Below are positions 1-14,102 of a stretch of 60,000 bases of DNA, piece after piece. Location of the stretch: assembly GCA_013239625.1 (NCBI GenBank), contig MU054391.1:1180001-1240000 (forward strand). The letters run 5' to 3'. A program made the position numbers and the translations under genes. Below the pieces are notes generated by a model. That model was not told the origin of the DNA. It searched no databases and saw only the letters and a list, made by a program, of their open reading frames with translations. Position 1 is the first letter of the stretch; each line of letters begins with the position of its first letter. Source of the stretch: Lama guanicoe. Its lineage: Eukaryota.

Positions 1-216
1 CCATTTAACAACTTCTGCATGTCAACCTTGTTTCTCCAGAACAGCATTTATTAGATGTCTCCAGATTAGATATTTTTGGAAGGCACCTCGATGCACACAA
101 CCTCACCATGGGGCCGTGTCTACCGAGATTGCTAAATCCTGTCTGATGACAAAAAACTGCAGGTGGTTTATAAACCACAGTTTTCAAAACCTTTGCAACA
201 GCCTTTTCAAATGCCT

Positions 217-600
217 TCACTGGTGAATTCTATCAAACATTTAAAGAAGAATTAATATCAATCCTTCTTACCTTCCCAAACTCTTCCAGAAATACAAAAG
301 GTGGGAACACTTCCAAACTTATATTACAAGCGTACCCTGACACCAAAATCAGACAAGGACACTCTAAGAAAAGAAAACTATAGGTCAGTATTCCTGATGA
401 ACAAAGATGCAAAAATCCTCAACAGAATATTAATAAACCAAATCCAACCCACATTAAAAGGCTCATACATCATGAGCAGTGGGATTTATTCCAGGGGTGC
501 AAGGATGGTTCAACACCTGCAAATCAATCCATGTGAAACATCACATTAAGAAAATAAAGGACAAAAGTCAGATTGCATGAAGTTTCAAGCATCTGAAAAA
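217..600 (+). mobile_element. LINE-1 ORF2 reverse transcriptase fragment, decayed
   Basis: Translates to KENYRSVFLMNKDAKILNRIL, matching the L1 RT motif ENYRPISLMNxDAKILNKIL; flanking L1 sequence ttcactggtgaattctatcaaacatttaaagaagaa. Confidence 0.93.
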
Positions 601-743
601 TCTGACTGTATGGTTTCATATTCTATATTTCCTTATGAGAGTTTGTTAGCATTACTTTTTTTGTTAATTGTTTAGGCCAGCAATACAAATGTTGAAGTGA
701 AGAATAGAGTGACAGGTTTGCAAAAAAAAAAAAAAAAAAAAAA

Positions 744-889
744 NNNNNNNNNNNNNNNNNNNNNNNNNNNNNNNNNNNNNNNNNNNNNNNNNNNNNNNNN
801 NNNNNNNNNNNNNNNNNNNNNNNNNNNNNNNNNNNNNNNNNNNNNNNNNNNNNNNNNNNNNNNNNNNNNNNNNNNNNNNNNNNNNNNNN
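744..889. other. Assembly gap flanked by poly(A) on both sides
   Basis: Run of N with A-tracts either side. Confidence 0.99.
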
Positions 890-1029
890 AAAAAAAAAAA
901 AAAAAAAAAAGACAGTCTCCTAGTATTTAATCAACAGATGAAACTATTGTGAATATGTCTCACCAAGAATGGGGAATCTTGGGGCACAGGAAGCCCTGTG
1001 TCCCTCACAACTGTCTCTCCTGCAGCTTC

Positions 1030-1300
1030 CAAACTGCACCATGCTGTCCTCTGGAACGTCACTGCCACCTCCTTCTTGCTAAATCAAAAGACCCTGCTTT
1101 GGGACCTCGTTCTCCTCGACACTTGCTCTGCCTCACATTTTACCACATCCCCTCAAGGAAAAAATGCTTTTGGCTTCCAGGGGATTTGACGATGCTGATT
1201 TTCCTCTAGTGTTTTCAGTGGCCGATTGGTTTCTTCAACAACAGGTCTTCTGTTTTGTCTCTTATTTGCTAAGCATGGGCACTGGCCGAGGGGCAGCTCT
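1030..1300 (+). mobile_element. LINE-2 fragment
   Basis: cctccttcttgctaaatc...ttggcttccagg...ttttcctc resembles the L2 ORF2 consensus as recalled. Confidence 0.6.
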
Positions 1301-1634
1301 GGGTCCGCATGTGTCTCTCCGTATATGTAGTCCTCTCTGGTGCTCCCTCTTTTTCATGTCTCTGCAGAATGAGAGAGGGGCCCTGTGCCTCATCTGACCT
1401 TCATCTGACCTTGTGCGTCCTCCCCAGCATCGCTTCCTGCCCTCATCCTGCACACAGCACATCCTAAGCTAAACACGGTCTCTTTTCCCAGTGAGCCCTT
1501 CTTTCAAATTTCCCTGTTCCTCAGTCTAAGTTTGCGGGGCACACAGAATTAAAAAGTAATCATCACATTTAATTACATCAGTAATGCAATAGTAATGATT
1601 GTATCAATAATCCATAGTCAAATTAGTCTATCAA

Positions 1635-1810
1635 AAATACCATTTACAGTGCATAAGACGTTCTCATATGTATTTCCCTGTTTGATTTTTATGCAAAATT
1701 CTTTGAGAAGGAGATGACTCATCATTGTTTCTCTTTCACACATGAGAACATCGACACCCGGGGAAGGTAAGACTCTCAGCCAAGGACACAGCTGTAGTCA
1801 GGCTGGTTCT
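1635..1810. mobile_element. MIR SINE remnant
   Basis: MIR-core-like ...ctttcacacatgagaacatcgac...gccaaggacacagct. Confidence 0.55.
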
Positions 1811-4800
1811 TCCGCCCAGCCTGGTGCCCCGTCCAGGGCTCTCCACAGTGTCAGTGGAAGAGCCCCACCAGAGACCCCCTCCGGCTAGAAGCGCCCTCTT
1901 ATCCAGCTCAGACCCTGAACACCTGTGTGCAGAGCTGCTGACACAAAGGTCCAAGGCGATGGGCTGTGCGAGGTTGTGTGCTGCCTCGTGGTGACTTGGG
2001 TAGAACACCCCACCAGCAAGACCGGGGGAAAGGTTATGTCCTGCCCCAGCGCCTGAGACACTCACTTCCTGAAGAACGAAGGGTCTCAAGATGTGACACC
2101 TGCTTTTCCAAGCGCGTCAGATTTGACCACGCATCACGTTCACATCTCTTGGCTACTTGGCTTGTCTCCTGGTTCCTTCTACCAAAATAGAAAGTCTCCT
2201 TGATTTTTGTTCACTGATGTTCACAGCCTCTCCAAATTCACCTCCAAAGAGTGGCTGAGCTTCCCACTTGCATGATTCTCCGCTGACTTGGGTCCCACTG
2301 CTGCCGTGAAACCAGATGAAGATGCGAGAGCTCTTCATTTCCACCCTCTCCCACTTTCCTGTTTGCTGTCATTTTCTTTCTTTGTCATTTTACTTTCTTT
2401 CTCGTTTGTTGAGCGAGAGTCAATGTGAAGAAGGAGAAAGTGCGCGGAGCATGGTGGGACGTCCTAGACACGTCACTCAGCTGTGGGACCTCAGTTTCTT
2501 TCACTCTGTAGCGAAACCAGGCAACAGACGGACTTCAAGTGATGTGGATTCCAAACACATGGTGGCATGATTGCTATTATTATAATAACACTGTCATTGT
2601 CATCACGGATGAGGTGGAGATGATGGAGTGCTGGGCTCCCCAGCATCTATGATCCAGGACTTGCCCACTTCCTACTTAATGCTCATTTGAAACTTCAGGG
2701 ACCATATTGTAACAGAGTTTAAAAAAGAAAACCAGCCACCTCCGCACAGCGCGCAGAAGGAATAGCATTAGCGCGAGCATGGCCGTCCCCCAGCGGTTTT
2801 CCGTGTGGGATCACGCGGCCTTCCCCGCGGCCCCGCAGGAAGACGTGGCTCTGAGGCTCACTTTCTTGGAGGTGGAGGGTCAGGCAAACAGCTCTCCTAA
2901 GTTCACACCCGCTTGTCAGTGCAGAGCCTGAAGTTGTAAGTCACAGAAGCCGACTTTGGCTAAACTGAGGAGAAAACGAGTAAATGAATGAACGAATAAA
3001 TGAAGACTTTGGGGGGGAACTCTGGGCTAACTCACAGAATGGAAGGGTCGTGTTTCCAGTCCCAGGAATCTGTGGGGCAGGACCCTCTTTCCAGCAGGTT
3101 CCCCGTCCCCCTCCACCTCCGGGTTCATCTGTCCTGCTTTGAATTCCCTGAGGGACATCCTCACTGCGTCCGCCACCTGTGTCCAGAGGGCCAGTGAGAG
3201 CAGGCAGCCACCTCCACGTGTGCACCACGGCCGGGCAGAGGCGAGCTCAGGATGGGTGCCAGGGTCCCCTGTGTCTAAACGCTGTGTCTCTCCCAGTCCT
3301 AAGGCGAGAAGGCGCCCTTCAGCGCGCTGTGTTTGGATGGTTGCTCGCCTCTAGACTTGCCCTCTCTTAGCCAGAAGTGAAAGTCTCTCAACCATTAGAA
3401 AGGTGATGAATTTGAAGGGTCTAGTTCTAGCCCTCAGGGGACCATCCGCGCGAGAAGCAAGGTGCACCTGTGGACTCCGCTCCACTGATGGGAAAGGAGA
3501 AACACAGAGCCGAGGCCTGGGCCTAGCAGTAGGAGCTCAGCCCAGGGCCGCCCTGCTGTCCAAGGTGGGGGTGCAGCTGGTGTGCAGAGGGCCCTGGAAG
3601 ACCTCCCCAAATGTTGCCCCCGACTGGCCTGCCGCGCTGCCCGAAAGCGCTCCTGTAAAACTCACTTGTTTGGGACAAGGCCCAATCCCTCGTCAGTAAA
3701 CGCGATCCCTGCAGAGAACTACCGGCCGTCAGCCCCCTGGCCGGGAACCACACCTGTCCTCTCCCACCTGCCAGCCAGCGCAGGTGCGACGGGGCTGGGT
3801 GCATACTGGCCACCGCGATCCGAGGTAAATGGAGAAAATACTAGACAACGGAGCAAAGACCTCATGAAGCAAAGCACATGTCATTTGAGCAAGCGTCTTT
3901 ACTTGGACGCAATGCTGTCCTGCGTGAGTTCTGGAGTGCACAGCGCCTTCCTTTTGGGAACAATGACAGTCAGAGATGGAAATGTTTTCGAAGCTGTCAA
4001 CTCCACATCAGCCTTCCTCCCACTGTGTTTTTATGAAATTTTATTGGTCCCTGCAATACTGAAGTTCAGGGACGTCTGGCCAAGGACACAGCCAGGGACG
4101 GGTGAGATGTAACCGGCCCGGAGCGCCCGGCCGGCCCGCAGGGACGAGAGAGGGGCCCTCACGGGGGAGAGCATACCATGGAAGAGGGGGGGCAGCGAAG
4201 GGAGAGGCCCTCCTGGTGGACAGGCTGGTGGAGCCCAGCTCAGGGTAAGAGAACCCGGCCCGTGTTCGTTCTGCCGCGTCCCCCAACCCAAACCTCACAC
4301 AGTTATTCTCGCAGAGGGTTCTTAACTTCCTTCCACTGAGCATCTTGACAAGTGCGCTTTCCCCGCCACGCTGTCACCGAAGATGGACCCTGGCAGAGAT
4401 GGTGCGCTGTGAGCCAGCCTCTGCCCCAGGATGCTAATGACACCAGCTGCAGTTTCTTGAGATCTGCTCCAAAAAGAGAAACACTTACCCACTCCCTGGC
4501 AGCTTCCAGGTGAGGTCAAGGGGGCTCCCGCCCCAGCCCGCCCAGGCCAGGAGAAGGGAGTCGGCCATCCTCATGGGCATTAGCCCTGTGTCCTCCTCAG
4601 TCCTCACGGCACAACAGTGCCTCCTTCCCGGACACCTGGCCACAGAGCCCTCCTCCCGCCCTGGGGCCCCGTGAGCCTGGAACAGGGCATGTGTGTGTGT
4701 CTAACCGTGTAGCCGCCTCTGCGTGCCCACGTGCATGCCCCTGCGGGGTCATATGGGAGAAGCCTGGGTGGAAGGGGAGTCCAGGTCACTCTGTAAGGAT

Positions 4801-5489
4801 GTGTCCTTCGAGTCATATTTAGCTGGGGCCGCTTTGCAGCCTGCCCCAGCCTGGCGCGGGCACAGACGGCCACACGGCGGCCGCAGCTGCCGGAGAAAGA
4901 AGCTGCGGGCCTGCTGGGGGAGCCGACGGCCCACGCCCATCCGGGCGGGAAGGCTTGGCTCTCTCCTCTGCCTGCGGATCCAGCCCAGGAGGGACCTGCC
5001 GTCTTCTGAGCTGACTGACTGGCTGATTCATTTGCATATGCTCTTTTTGGCTGGCGTGGCCACCAACTGGTCCCAGGTTTGACCTGGTTGAAAGTGGAGG
5101 TCGGACACTCCGCGGCAGCTCACACACACAAGCAGATTTTGCAGCTCAGACTAATTTGACAGTCAGTTCAGTTGCACGTCCAGTTAAGTTTGTTGGAATC
5201 CGTATACACTGGTTCTGGTACTACCAGCTAGATCCTCAGACCGACTCTATTTTGACTTCTTTCTCCTTACACAAATTTAGTTTGTCATGTAGTAAGGTAG
5301 ACCGTTGGCAAATGTTACAATAATTGTCAGCAACACCCAGAAAAACTTAACTTTTCTAGCCCCCGGGTTATTGTTTTTAATTAAGGGATTGAAACGAGGG
5401 GGTAATTTCTTAGCAATTGTATCAGTAAGAAAACAGCTGGCTTTTAAAAAATGATGAAAGAAGAGTTGAAATCAGGCAATGGATAGAAA

Positions 5490-5640
5490 TCCAAGTTCCA
5501 CTGGCTGAAGCAGCAAGAAATGTAGCGGCTTCTGTAACCGGAAAGATGAATGGGCCTGCTGCAGGCACGGCTGGATCCAGGAGTCCTGGCAGCTCAACAG
5601 ATTCCTCCCCATCCCAAACCCCACTGGGCTCTGACAGTCT
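5490..5640 (-). mobile_element. MaLR (MLT1-type) LTR remnant
   Basis: Minus strand ctggatccagccgtgcctgcagc...cttcagccagtggaacttggatttct resembles the MLT1 3' end. Confidence 0.6.
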
Positions 5641-6949
5641 TTCCGACTTGGCCTTGTTCTCCCAGCCACAACCACAGCCACTCCACACGGCAGAAAAAAT
5701 GAGTTAAACCAAGGCCGTTTCCTACAATTTATGATCACAAAGGAAGAGAACACTGCCCTTCTCACCAAGGGCTGGGAGGGTCTAAGGAGAGGCTGCTCTA
5801 AGGAGAGGGGCCCAGGAACAGCAAATCAAGGGTCCTCCTGGGGGTATGGGCCAGCCTGGGTCCCACGCCGACACCTGCGCTGTGAGGCTTGGACGATTCA
5901 CAGGTTCACTAGGGTCGTACCGAGAGGCTGGTGGGAGCAGCTTTCTCTACGAAAGGCAGCCCAGCAAACAGAAAAACCAACCAACCAACCAGCAAACGTG
6001 CATCGCAGGTGTCGACAGGAGCGGCACGGGTCAGCAAATACAAAAGTGTTCACCAGACTAACCCCAGAGCAGCTAACCCTACACGGCGGGTGAGCGCGTT
6101 TCCTCCTGTCAGTCACAGAGGTTAGCGCACCCGAGGAGACCCGCTGTGGGCGGGCTGTGTAGACACGGGCTGTCCACGTGAATTACACCGAAGCACAGGT
6201 CTTGGAGAACAAACACGTACCGATTCTCCCACTGAATACACACCTCGGCTCCAAAATCCCACTTCTTAGAACACATTCTACCAACGGACCCGTTCTCACC
6301 AGCCAGGCCACGGCGTCCAGCGCAGGTTCCGTGTGTCCTAGCCCCTCACCGGCTGTGCGGCTACACTGCCATTTTCATTCAGTTTCCTGTTATATTTTTT
6401 TAATTACAGCACTGACAAGGGTTTTGAGTGTCATGTGTCCCGTCCCAGAAACTCGAGGGTTCACTGCAGGATCTTGCCCGTCGTGGACATTGTCTGGAAT
6501 GCGTACCCTGCCCCACACAAACTCTGGCCTCCGTCCCCCTCCTGCCCTCAGGAGGTCCGGAGCCGAGGCAGCGGGATGGAAGGCTGGCCGTAGGCAGGTC
6601 GTGGCACTGCAAACCTGCGCTGGAAGAACCTAGGCTTCCCTCGGGGCCGAATGACCCTAAACCACACGGCAGCCCAGGGGCTCGTGTCCTTCTTGTTTCC
6701 AGAGCGAGTCCACGGGGGACGTCACCTAGGTCATGCCGAGAGCAGGGGTGGGGACGGCGGTCTGACGGCAGAGCAGGCCACTCTGGCTTGGGCGCAGTCC
6801 GCTAGCCCTCCTGGAAACGCTCCACCAGTTCCCACCTCAGCGAGGAGCCCGGACCAGGCCTGTCTGGGCTCAGGGGCTCTGCTTCCTGAGTGGATGGTGA
6901 GTGTTTGTTGACTCTGAAGCCTCCGTCCTCCAGCTGACAGCAGGTCACA

Positions 6950-7460
6950 GCGCAGCGCCCACCCTGAGTAAGCCCCCCCCGCCCCAGGAGCTGTCTGCGG
7001 AGGGAAGGGCTGTGCTGCACCGGGGGTGCCGAGGCTTTGCTGGCTTGCAGGTGGGGGGCGCCTGCCTGTCCGCCCGCCTGCCCGCCTGCGGGTCCGCGCC
7101 AGGCAGCTGTCCGGCGCGGAGGGGGTGGCTGGAGCACGCGGGGTGCGCGGCGAGGCTGGAGCAAGGGAAGGCCAGCGCAGCCCTCCTGCCGCACTCGGCT
7201 CTGCGTCTCCTGCTGTCTGCTCCAGCCAGTTCCATCGCCACCCCCGCCCCTCATCAGCTCCCACTTTATTTCTAAGGGCTTTAGTAGTAGCCTCAAGAAA
7301 ACCATCCTCCGTTTACCCACTGGAGCTTCCAGTGGATTTCTAATGGCTCCTTTGGTGGGGATCTCCCAGCGCCGCCGGAGGCGTGAGAGGAAGGAGAGAA
7401 CAGAGGAGAAGGGGGTGGGAAGGCGTCCCAGGGTCCCCAGGGAGGGTGGGGGCGGCACGG
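6950..7460. promoter_or_regulatory. CpG-rich promoter/first-exon-like island of an unidentified gene
   Basis: High CpG density, GC boxes (ccccgcccc near 7240), A/T-rich TATA/MEF2-like tttatttctaag near 7265; no recognisable coding exon. Confidence 0.5.
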
Positions 7461-10400
7461 CTGCTGAAACTCAACCCCCCCACACACACTGCAGATAGGA
7501 ACTGTGCCGGGCACCTACTGTCATCCCCTCGTTCCGTTTTTAGAGGCGTCTGTCAAACAGGTGTGACTGCAATCCACAGTGGAGGAGAGTCAAGCCTGTG
7601 ACATTTAAATAATTAAATTGCCCGGGATCATGAAGATTGAGTGAGGAGCCAGTCTGATCAGCTCCAGAGGCTTCCTGGCTCTCTCTCTCCCGGCCACCCT
7701 GGAAGGAGGGCCCAGGGAGGAGGGAGGCAGCACGAAGCTCTGCTCAGGGACGCCGCAGGCCTCACGGGCATGTCCCAGACCTCGTGACCTGGCGGACGTC
7801 AGCGTCAGTGGAAACTTGGGGCTCGCAGTGTTGGAAGTCCTTGCTTCCTGGGACTAGCTCGTGGGGCCCATCCTGAGCGCCTTCCATCTGAGCGGCAGGA
7901 CGCCTCCATAAAGGCTCGTCTCCTCCAGGCGGGGAGCCAGCCGGCAGGCGAACAGTCTTCCTGGCTAACGACAGCTCTTCGGGACTTCATGCTTCAGGAG
8001 CAGCTCTAAGTGCAGACAGAGCACGGGGCCAGGCACGCACGCCTCAGGGCGCTGGGAGAGCAGCAGCAGGCGCCCTCCTCTCCCTGCACCCGCCCTCCTG
8101 CCTGACGCTCCCATGTGGTGAACGGATGCCTTCCTGTCGGGCAGTCGCCTGGGCGCATCCCTCATCTGTCGCTTCTGTTAACACACAGCAGTTCAGCCAG
8201 AGGTGTTCTGAGATCTGGTCCAAAAGAGCTGTGAGTTCAGATGTGACTCACACCCACGTGGACGTGTGGAGAGACACCAGGGAGGGAGGCGTTTAGAACA
8301 CTCGGGCTTGGGGGCAGGTCGGTGCCACCGTTGGGGAGGTCCCGGGCTTGGGCAAGGGCGGGGAGAGAGGGAGAGGATGGTCGCAGAGGCTGAGACGAGG
8401 GGGTGGCTGTTGTCTCTGATCAGTGAGTAGCCATCAAGGCCGAGGAGGAGGAGGGAGCTGGCAGCAGAGAACAGCTCGCAGTCCTTTCAGAGTCAGCGCG
8501 GCGGCGACACTGGCGGGGCCCTGGCGGGAAGGGGGTTTGCTTTGGGGGTGGAGGGCTCCCTGACCTCTGGGTTCTCTCCCAACTTTCAGGGTCTCTGGTG
8601 CTCACGGCTCAGGGTCCAGGCCCCCCATCTGAGACCACACCCTTGGCTCCACTGCCGTCGGGGACACGTTGACTCCTGATAGAAAAGTCAATGTTCTAAT
8701 GACTGAACAAAGCACAGGTTTCTCCCCATAAAAGGAGCAGGGGTCCAGGGCTGGGGGGACAGGTGGGGGGGGGCAAGGATGTGGCCCCGTCCCTGCTCTG
8801 CAGTGACACGTGCTTCAGGTCCTGAGGGCAGCCTGCAGCCGACCCCCCAGCTCACTCTGCTTTAGGAGCCTGGACAAGGAGAGGAGGAAGTGGTGCCTCT
8901 CTCTCTCTGAGGACACTTCCCGGTGCCAGACACAGCCCTCTGCCTGCATCGCACTGGCCCAAACCGAGTCCCCTGGGTGTGCCTCGCAGCACAGACGGGG
9001 ACGAAGCAGCTCTTTCCGCTGAGGGGCGCTGTGTTTGCTGAAACGTTTGGGTTCTTTTTACCAAAGAAAAAGTGGAAAACTGGTGTGAGGGCCAGGCAAC
9101 ACTCTCCTCTACAAAGGGTGCTTGATGTGGCCCCGAAGACCAGCAAACGGGCACCAAACAGAGGGAGGCTTTGCAGCCGGCGTGTTCAGCCCCGCCTCCA
9201 GCTCAGATGCCCGCCTGCCCTGCGCCTGCTGAGGAAACGGGCCCAGGGCGCCCAGAAGGGCTGACGGCCCGGAATCGGTGCCGTCTGGTTCCGGCACTGC
9301 TTCTGCGACAAGAGACAATACTGTGCAGTCCTCAGCAGGCGGGATCTGAGGTCCGAGGAGTGAGCACTTGCGCCCCAGCTCTGCCCCTGGGGAGCCGGGT
9401 GACCTGGGGGAGGCCACTCTCTGGGCAGAAGTGACCTCAGCAAGCTGGCTGTAAAATGGGCGCAGCAGCCGCGTTCAGGGGTTCTCACGGGGATGAAACG
9501 GGGAAGGCCAGGTCGCGCACGGATCAGTGTTACACTCTCACGTGGGGAGTATTTGACACCTGGCCAAATGACAGCTCTTGTGAAGTCAGTGACCTCTGAC
9601 CTATGCTCACTGAACCCGTGGGAGGCAGGTGCGCAGGACGGAGCAGTGGTCCCTGACCGCCACCTGCACGGGCGCACCGCTCTGGGCTGGCTCCTCGCAG
9701 CCGCAGGGCCAGACACCCGTGCCTTGACCCAGTGAGGTGCCCTCACAGGAGGACCACGGCAGACCCGTCTGAGCAGATCTGGCCCTCCGGTCCATCTCCT
9801 TACGTGGACGCCGCAGCCAGGGCCCTGGCCCTGCGACCCTGTCCTCATCATTTCCATCACCCCCCGGGGCCCCAGTGTGCCCGGGCAGCCCCTGCTCCAG
9901 CGCCAACCCTGTGTGTGTCCACCCACGTCGCACTGCCCTGCCACATGCCCTGCCCCCGCCTCCCAGACCTCACAGCCTTCAGGGACGTGCTGGTCCCGCC
10001 TCACTGCTCTGGCACCGGCCCCAGGTGGAGCTGAACTCTCTGGCTGAGACGGGACAGAAACCTGGGCTCTTTTGTGTATTTTTCCTTCAAACACAAATTC
10101 CAGGGCTCCCACGTGGGCCTCAGCTCATAACTGAGAGTTCGACTCGTGAATTCGTCGCCCATCGAGGACCCTTTGACTGGCAGGAAGCCGCGCTCTGACT
10201 TCTGTTTCAGTTCGTCCCACGCCCCTGACTTTGCTCCTTCCCCAGAAGCAGACAGAAAGCTCGCCAGGCCACCCCAGCACGTCGTCCCTCCTGCCCAGCC
10301 CCAAGGGCACTACATGAGCCCCCCCCCCGAGAGCTGGGGGGAGCCCGCGCCCTCTGCCGAGGGAAGGCGCTGTCTGCACCTCCCTGCTGACGGCCCTGAG

Positions 10401-12569
10401 GCCCCAGCCCCCGCGCCCACCATCCCCCGCGCCCCTGCCCCCGGGAGGTGGGGACAGGGATGGGGGCCTCCGCGTGGTGCCCCAGGGAAGCCTTGGCCCC
10501 TCAGCCTCTCTGGACCAGCCTCTGTCTCGGGGGGCGGGGCGGCTCCGAGCCCGCAGGACAAAGGCGGCAGTGCTGGGGTACCCGACCCCATGCACTTTCC
10601 CAAAGGACGACCCGGAACTTGGGAGAGCCCCTGGGCACTGAAGCGCCACACCTCAAATGCAGGGGCCACTCCGGGAGGCCGCCCTTCGGGGGTCACTCTC
10701 TTAAAGCACCACGTCCAGCAGGGCCTCCTGTCCCCACTGGGCTGTGCGGTCACAGCCAGATGTCCTTCATCCCTGACTCAGCCCCGTGGGGCCGGGCAGG
10801 CCCCGCCGTGAGCTAGCTCAGGGGCAGGGAGCCCCGGGTGTCCTCCCCTCACTCGGCCTGGAGTCTCAGGCCCTCTTGTAACAACGCCTTGGAACACAGG
10901 CACACCGCTCCCCAATCTCCCAGACAGCGCTGCTACCACACCTGACGGGCCCGGTCCGAGGTTGGTCTCTGCGTCACAGACTCGTGGACGCGTCTGCTTC
11001 TTGCAGTTTGAATACAGAAGCCAGGCAACACCTCTGTCAGCAGAGGTACTTCCGTGTCTCCAAGGCAACCCCTCTGGGGAGGAAAACATCCCCAGGAAGG
11101 TCCCACTGGCCCGTTCAGCCTCCTGCACCGGGACGGCCACCCCAGCAACCGGAAGGGGGAGGCACCCAGGACCCAGCCCAGGGGTGAGGGCCCGCGCGAG
11201 GTTGACCGTGTCCAGGGCGTTCCGTCAAAGAGCAAGTGAAGGTCTCGCCCGAGTAGGAAGTGGGTCAGGATGACGGGGGCGATGGGGCCAGACTCAGGGC
11301 TCAGGACATATTTCCTGCCACCCCGAGGTCTTATGTGACCCCTCCATGCCATGTGCATCCATCCATGCAAAGGGGCAACCGCAGCCCCTAGGATCCAATG
11401 AGCGAGGACACCTCAGTGGCCCAGAACCGCAGTGGGCACATGGGACGTGCTCGCTATGCCTCCGCAGAGGTGGTGCCCTGGAAGGCCCAGGGGGGCTGCA
11501 GTGTCCCCTCTGCTCTGTGGCCTGGGTGCTGCTCTGAATGTCCTTGAGCCCGCATCTGGGCTTCCACGTACGGCCATGCAGTGGTGCACTGCACAGACCA
11601 GACACTGAAATCCTGTCACATGTGGGTCAGCCTGCTGGGTCTGGAGACACGCCCGGCCTGGAGACCTCCATGAAGAGACCTCAGGCACTGGCATGTGGGC
11701 AGGACACTGGGGGACAGGGGCTGCCGGGTGTCGGTGATGAGAGCAGGCTTGAAGCAGGAGGGGGATGGGAGAGGACACCTGCTCCTGGGGCCGAGGATGG
11801 GAGGGAAGGGGGCCAGGGACCAGGGCAGGGGCCGCAGTGGGTCCACAGGGGCCCGGGGCTCTCCTTTGAAGATTTCTCTGCCTGGCCTTGAGCTGGCCTG
11901 GTCCTAGAGACTGAGTTGTCCTCTGGGGCGTCGAGGGCATCCCATTTCTGGCCTCTCCCACAGGCTCCGAGCTGGCTCCAAGCCGGGGGCCCAGGCCAGG
12001 TGGCGCCCAGCCCTGTCCAGGGTCCTCCGAGCTGCCACATGGGCTCCCAGCACCAGGGAGCCTCCGTGGTCCCTCCCCTCCTTGCAGGAAGACAGTATTG
12101 GGGCCACACGGGCCCCGCCTCCCTCCCTGTTAACTCTGCCACCAGCTGCAGCTTTAACCCTCACCATAGAGGGTTCACTGTCTCCCCTCCAGAAAAAGAG
12201 CACCGTTGCCACCCAAAGCGGATTAACATCAAGCGCAAAGCCATTTCTGGGTCAGTTAAGCTCAGCGGGCCACCAGCTCTCCGCGGCTCTCAGCACAGGA
12301 GACATTTCCCAGCTGGGACGTCCCGGGCCCTGGGGACGGCTCCGAGGCTGCGGTACAGGATTTGTGTGCTTGTGTGCCTGGAGTGTTTTGTAATGCAGCT
12401 CAGGGCACGGACTGCTGAATGTCTCCACAAAGTCAGCTTCTGGGTGAAACATGGAAATCGCCCAGCCCCTGTCCTGGTTGGCGTGCGTTGGTTAGCTGCC
12501 TGCTTCTCAAACTCGATCAATCTACTGATTCATTCATTCGTTCTTTAATTGAAATACAGTTGACTTGCG

Positions 12570-12675
12570 CTGGAGTCTCCTGAGGATCTTGTTAAAATGC
12601 AAACTCTGACTCAGCAGACAAAGGTACTAAGACCTTCAGTCCGGCATCTCGAGCTGCTTTCCCAGGGAGACTCCA
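12570..12675. mobile_element. MER5A-type (hAT-Charlie) DNA transposon fragment
   Basis: ggatcttgttaaaatgcaaactctgactcagcag resembles MER5A. Confidence 0.6.
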
Positions 12676-13850
12676 CCAGCCGCCACGGACCCGAGCCGGG
12701 CCTGGGCTGCTGGCCTGCGGTGTGTGTGGAGGGCAGTGGGAGGAAACAGAGAAGGAGGTGCAGCAGGGCCCCGAGCCCAGAGCCTGAGACAGCTGCTGTC
12801 TGGGCCTCGAGACTGGAGACCCGGGACGGAGTCGGTGTGGTCAAGAGTCTCCGGCGTGGGGCCGGGCGGCACAGAGGATGGGCAGCCTGTGCGCATCTCA
12901 GCCTGGATGGAATCAGGCCTTGGGGCCACTATCGTCCTAACAGAGGCGCCCAGAACACCCGCCAGAAACTCAAGATACTGACGCCCCCCCCCCCACCCCG
13001 CCATGGCCCCGACTCCTTAAGGACAAACATCTCCCACGTGCGTCAGCGTCGACCACACTTCTCACAGGTCTCTGAGCCCCGGACTCCTCCTCTTCCCCAG
13101 AATGCTCTCATTTGCAGGCTCCTGCACTGGTTCTGGGGGGACAGCCTTCAGAGAAAGCTTCCCGGCTCCGGTGCTGACGACACAAACGTTCGCTCTGGTC
13201 CGACCGCGTTTACAGCCGCAGACTTTCCGGATCAGCTCCAAGCTACCCTCCTCTTCATCCCCTAACCAAGGAATCATCCACTTGGGGAAAAAGGGGCTAC
13301 ATGTGGGGACAACTAGACGGACACAGGGTGCCCCCAGCCCCCTCGGCCGGCCGGGCACCGACCCCCGGTGGCTTCCGCGGCCCACCAGCCGGGCCTCACA
13401 CTGTCCCGCGGGGTTCGCTCCTGTGCCCACCCTTCCCACGAGACGACAGACTTGCCGAAGGAAGGGGGCGCTTGTTTATCCCAAGTCTGCCACATAGCCT
13501 GTGCCCCCCTGACTCTGCTGGCTGCAAGCAGGAGGCAGGCAGTGGCCCCAAGGAGCAGCTGCTGAGTGGTAAGGCCCGCTCCCGCCTCTCTCTTACACAT
13601 GAACATCACGTGATGTGTCTGTGTGCAAACGTACAACTTCATACACTTGCGTTCATGATACATACGTACATTGTACGCATCACACTGTTTTGCATGTACA
13701 TACACAGACACACATGCATGTACGTATATGCACATGTATGCATGTAAAGAAACCGAGTGACCTACAGCAATGAAATTGATTTATTCACCATTCTGTCCAG
13801 TATCTGGCAGGACCACACCTTTTCTAAAGCTCTGGGGCAGCATCCTCCTC

Positions 13851-13945
13851 CTGTGGACTGAACTGTGTCCCTCCAAACGCACATGAGGAGCCCTGACCCC
13901 GATGGGACAGCATTCGGAGACGGGTCTTTAAGGAGGTCACTGTGC
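13851..13945 (+). mobile_element. MaLR MLT1A/B-like LTR 5' fragment
   Basis: tgtggactgaactgtgtccctccaaa...ggtctttaaggaggt. Confidence 0.65.
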
Positions 13946-14102
13946 GTTGTGCGTGAATGGTGACTGGAGTGTACGTTCCGAGTTCTCGTCACAAAGAGCA
14001 TGTTTTTCTGTTTCTTTGCTGTGTGTCTGTGTGATGTGACGGATGCTCACGGAGCTCATGGTTGTCACCAGGACGTGCGCAAGTCAGACCCCTCACACTT
14101 AC

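Noticed and set aside
9186..13750. Many overlapping 150-300 aa ORFs
   Set aside because: Pro/Gly/Arg/Ala-rich ORFs on both strands are expected in high-GC DNA; no domain motifs or exon logic.
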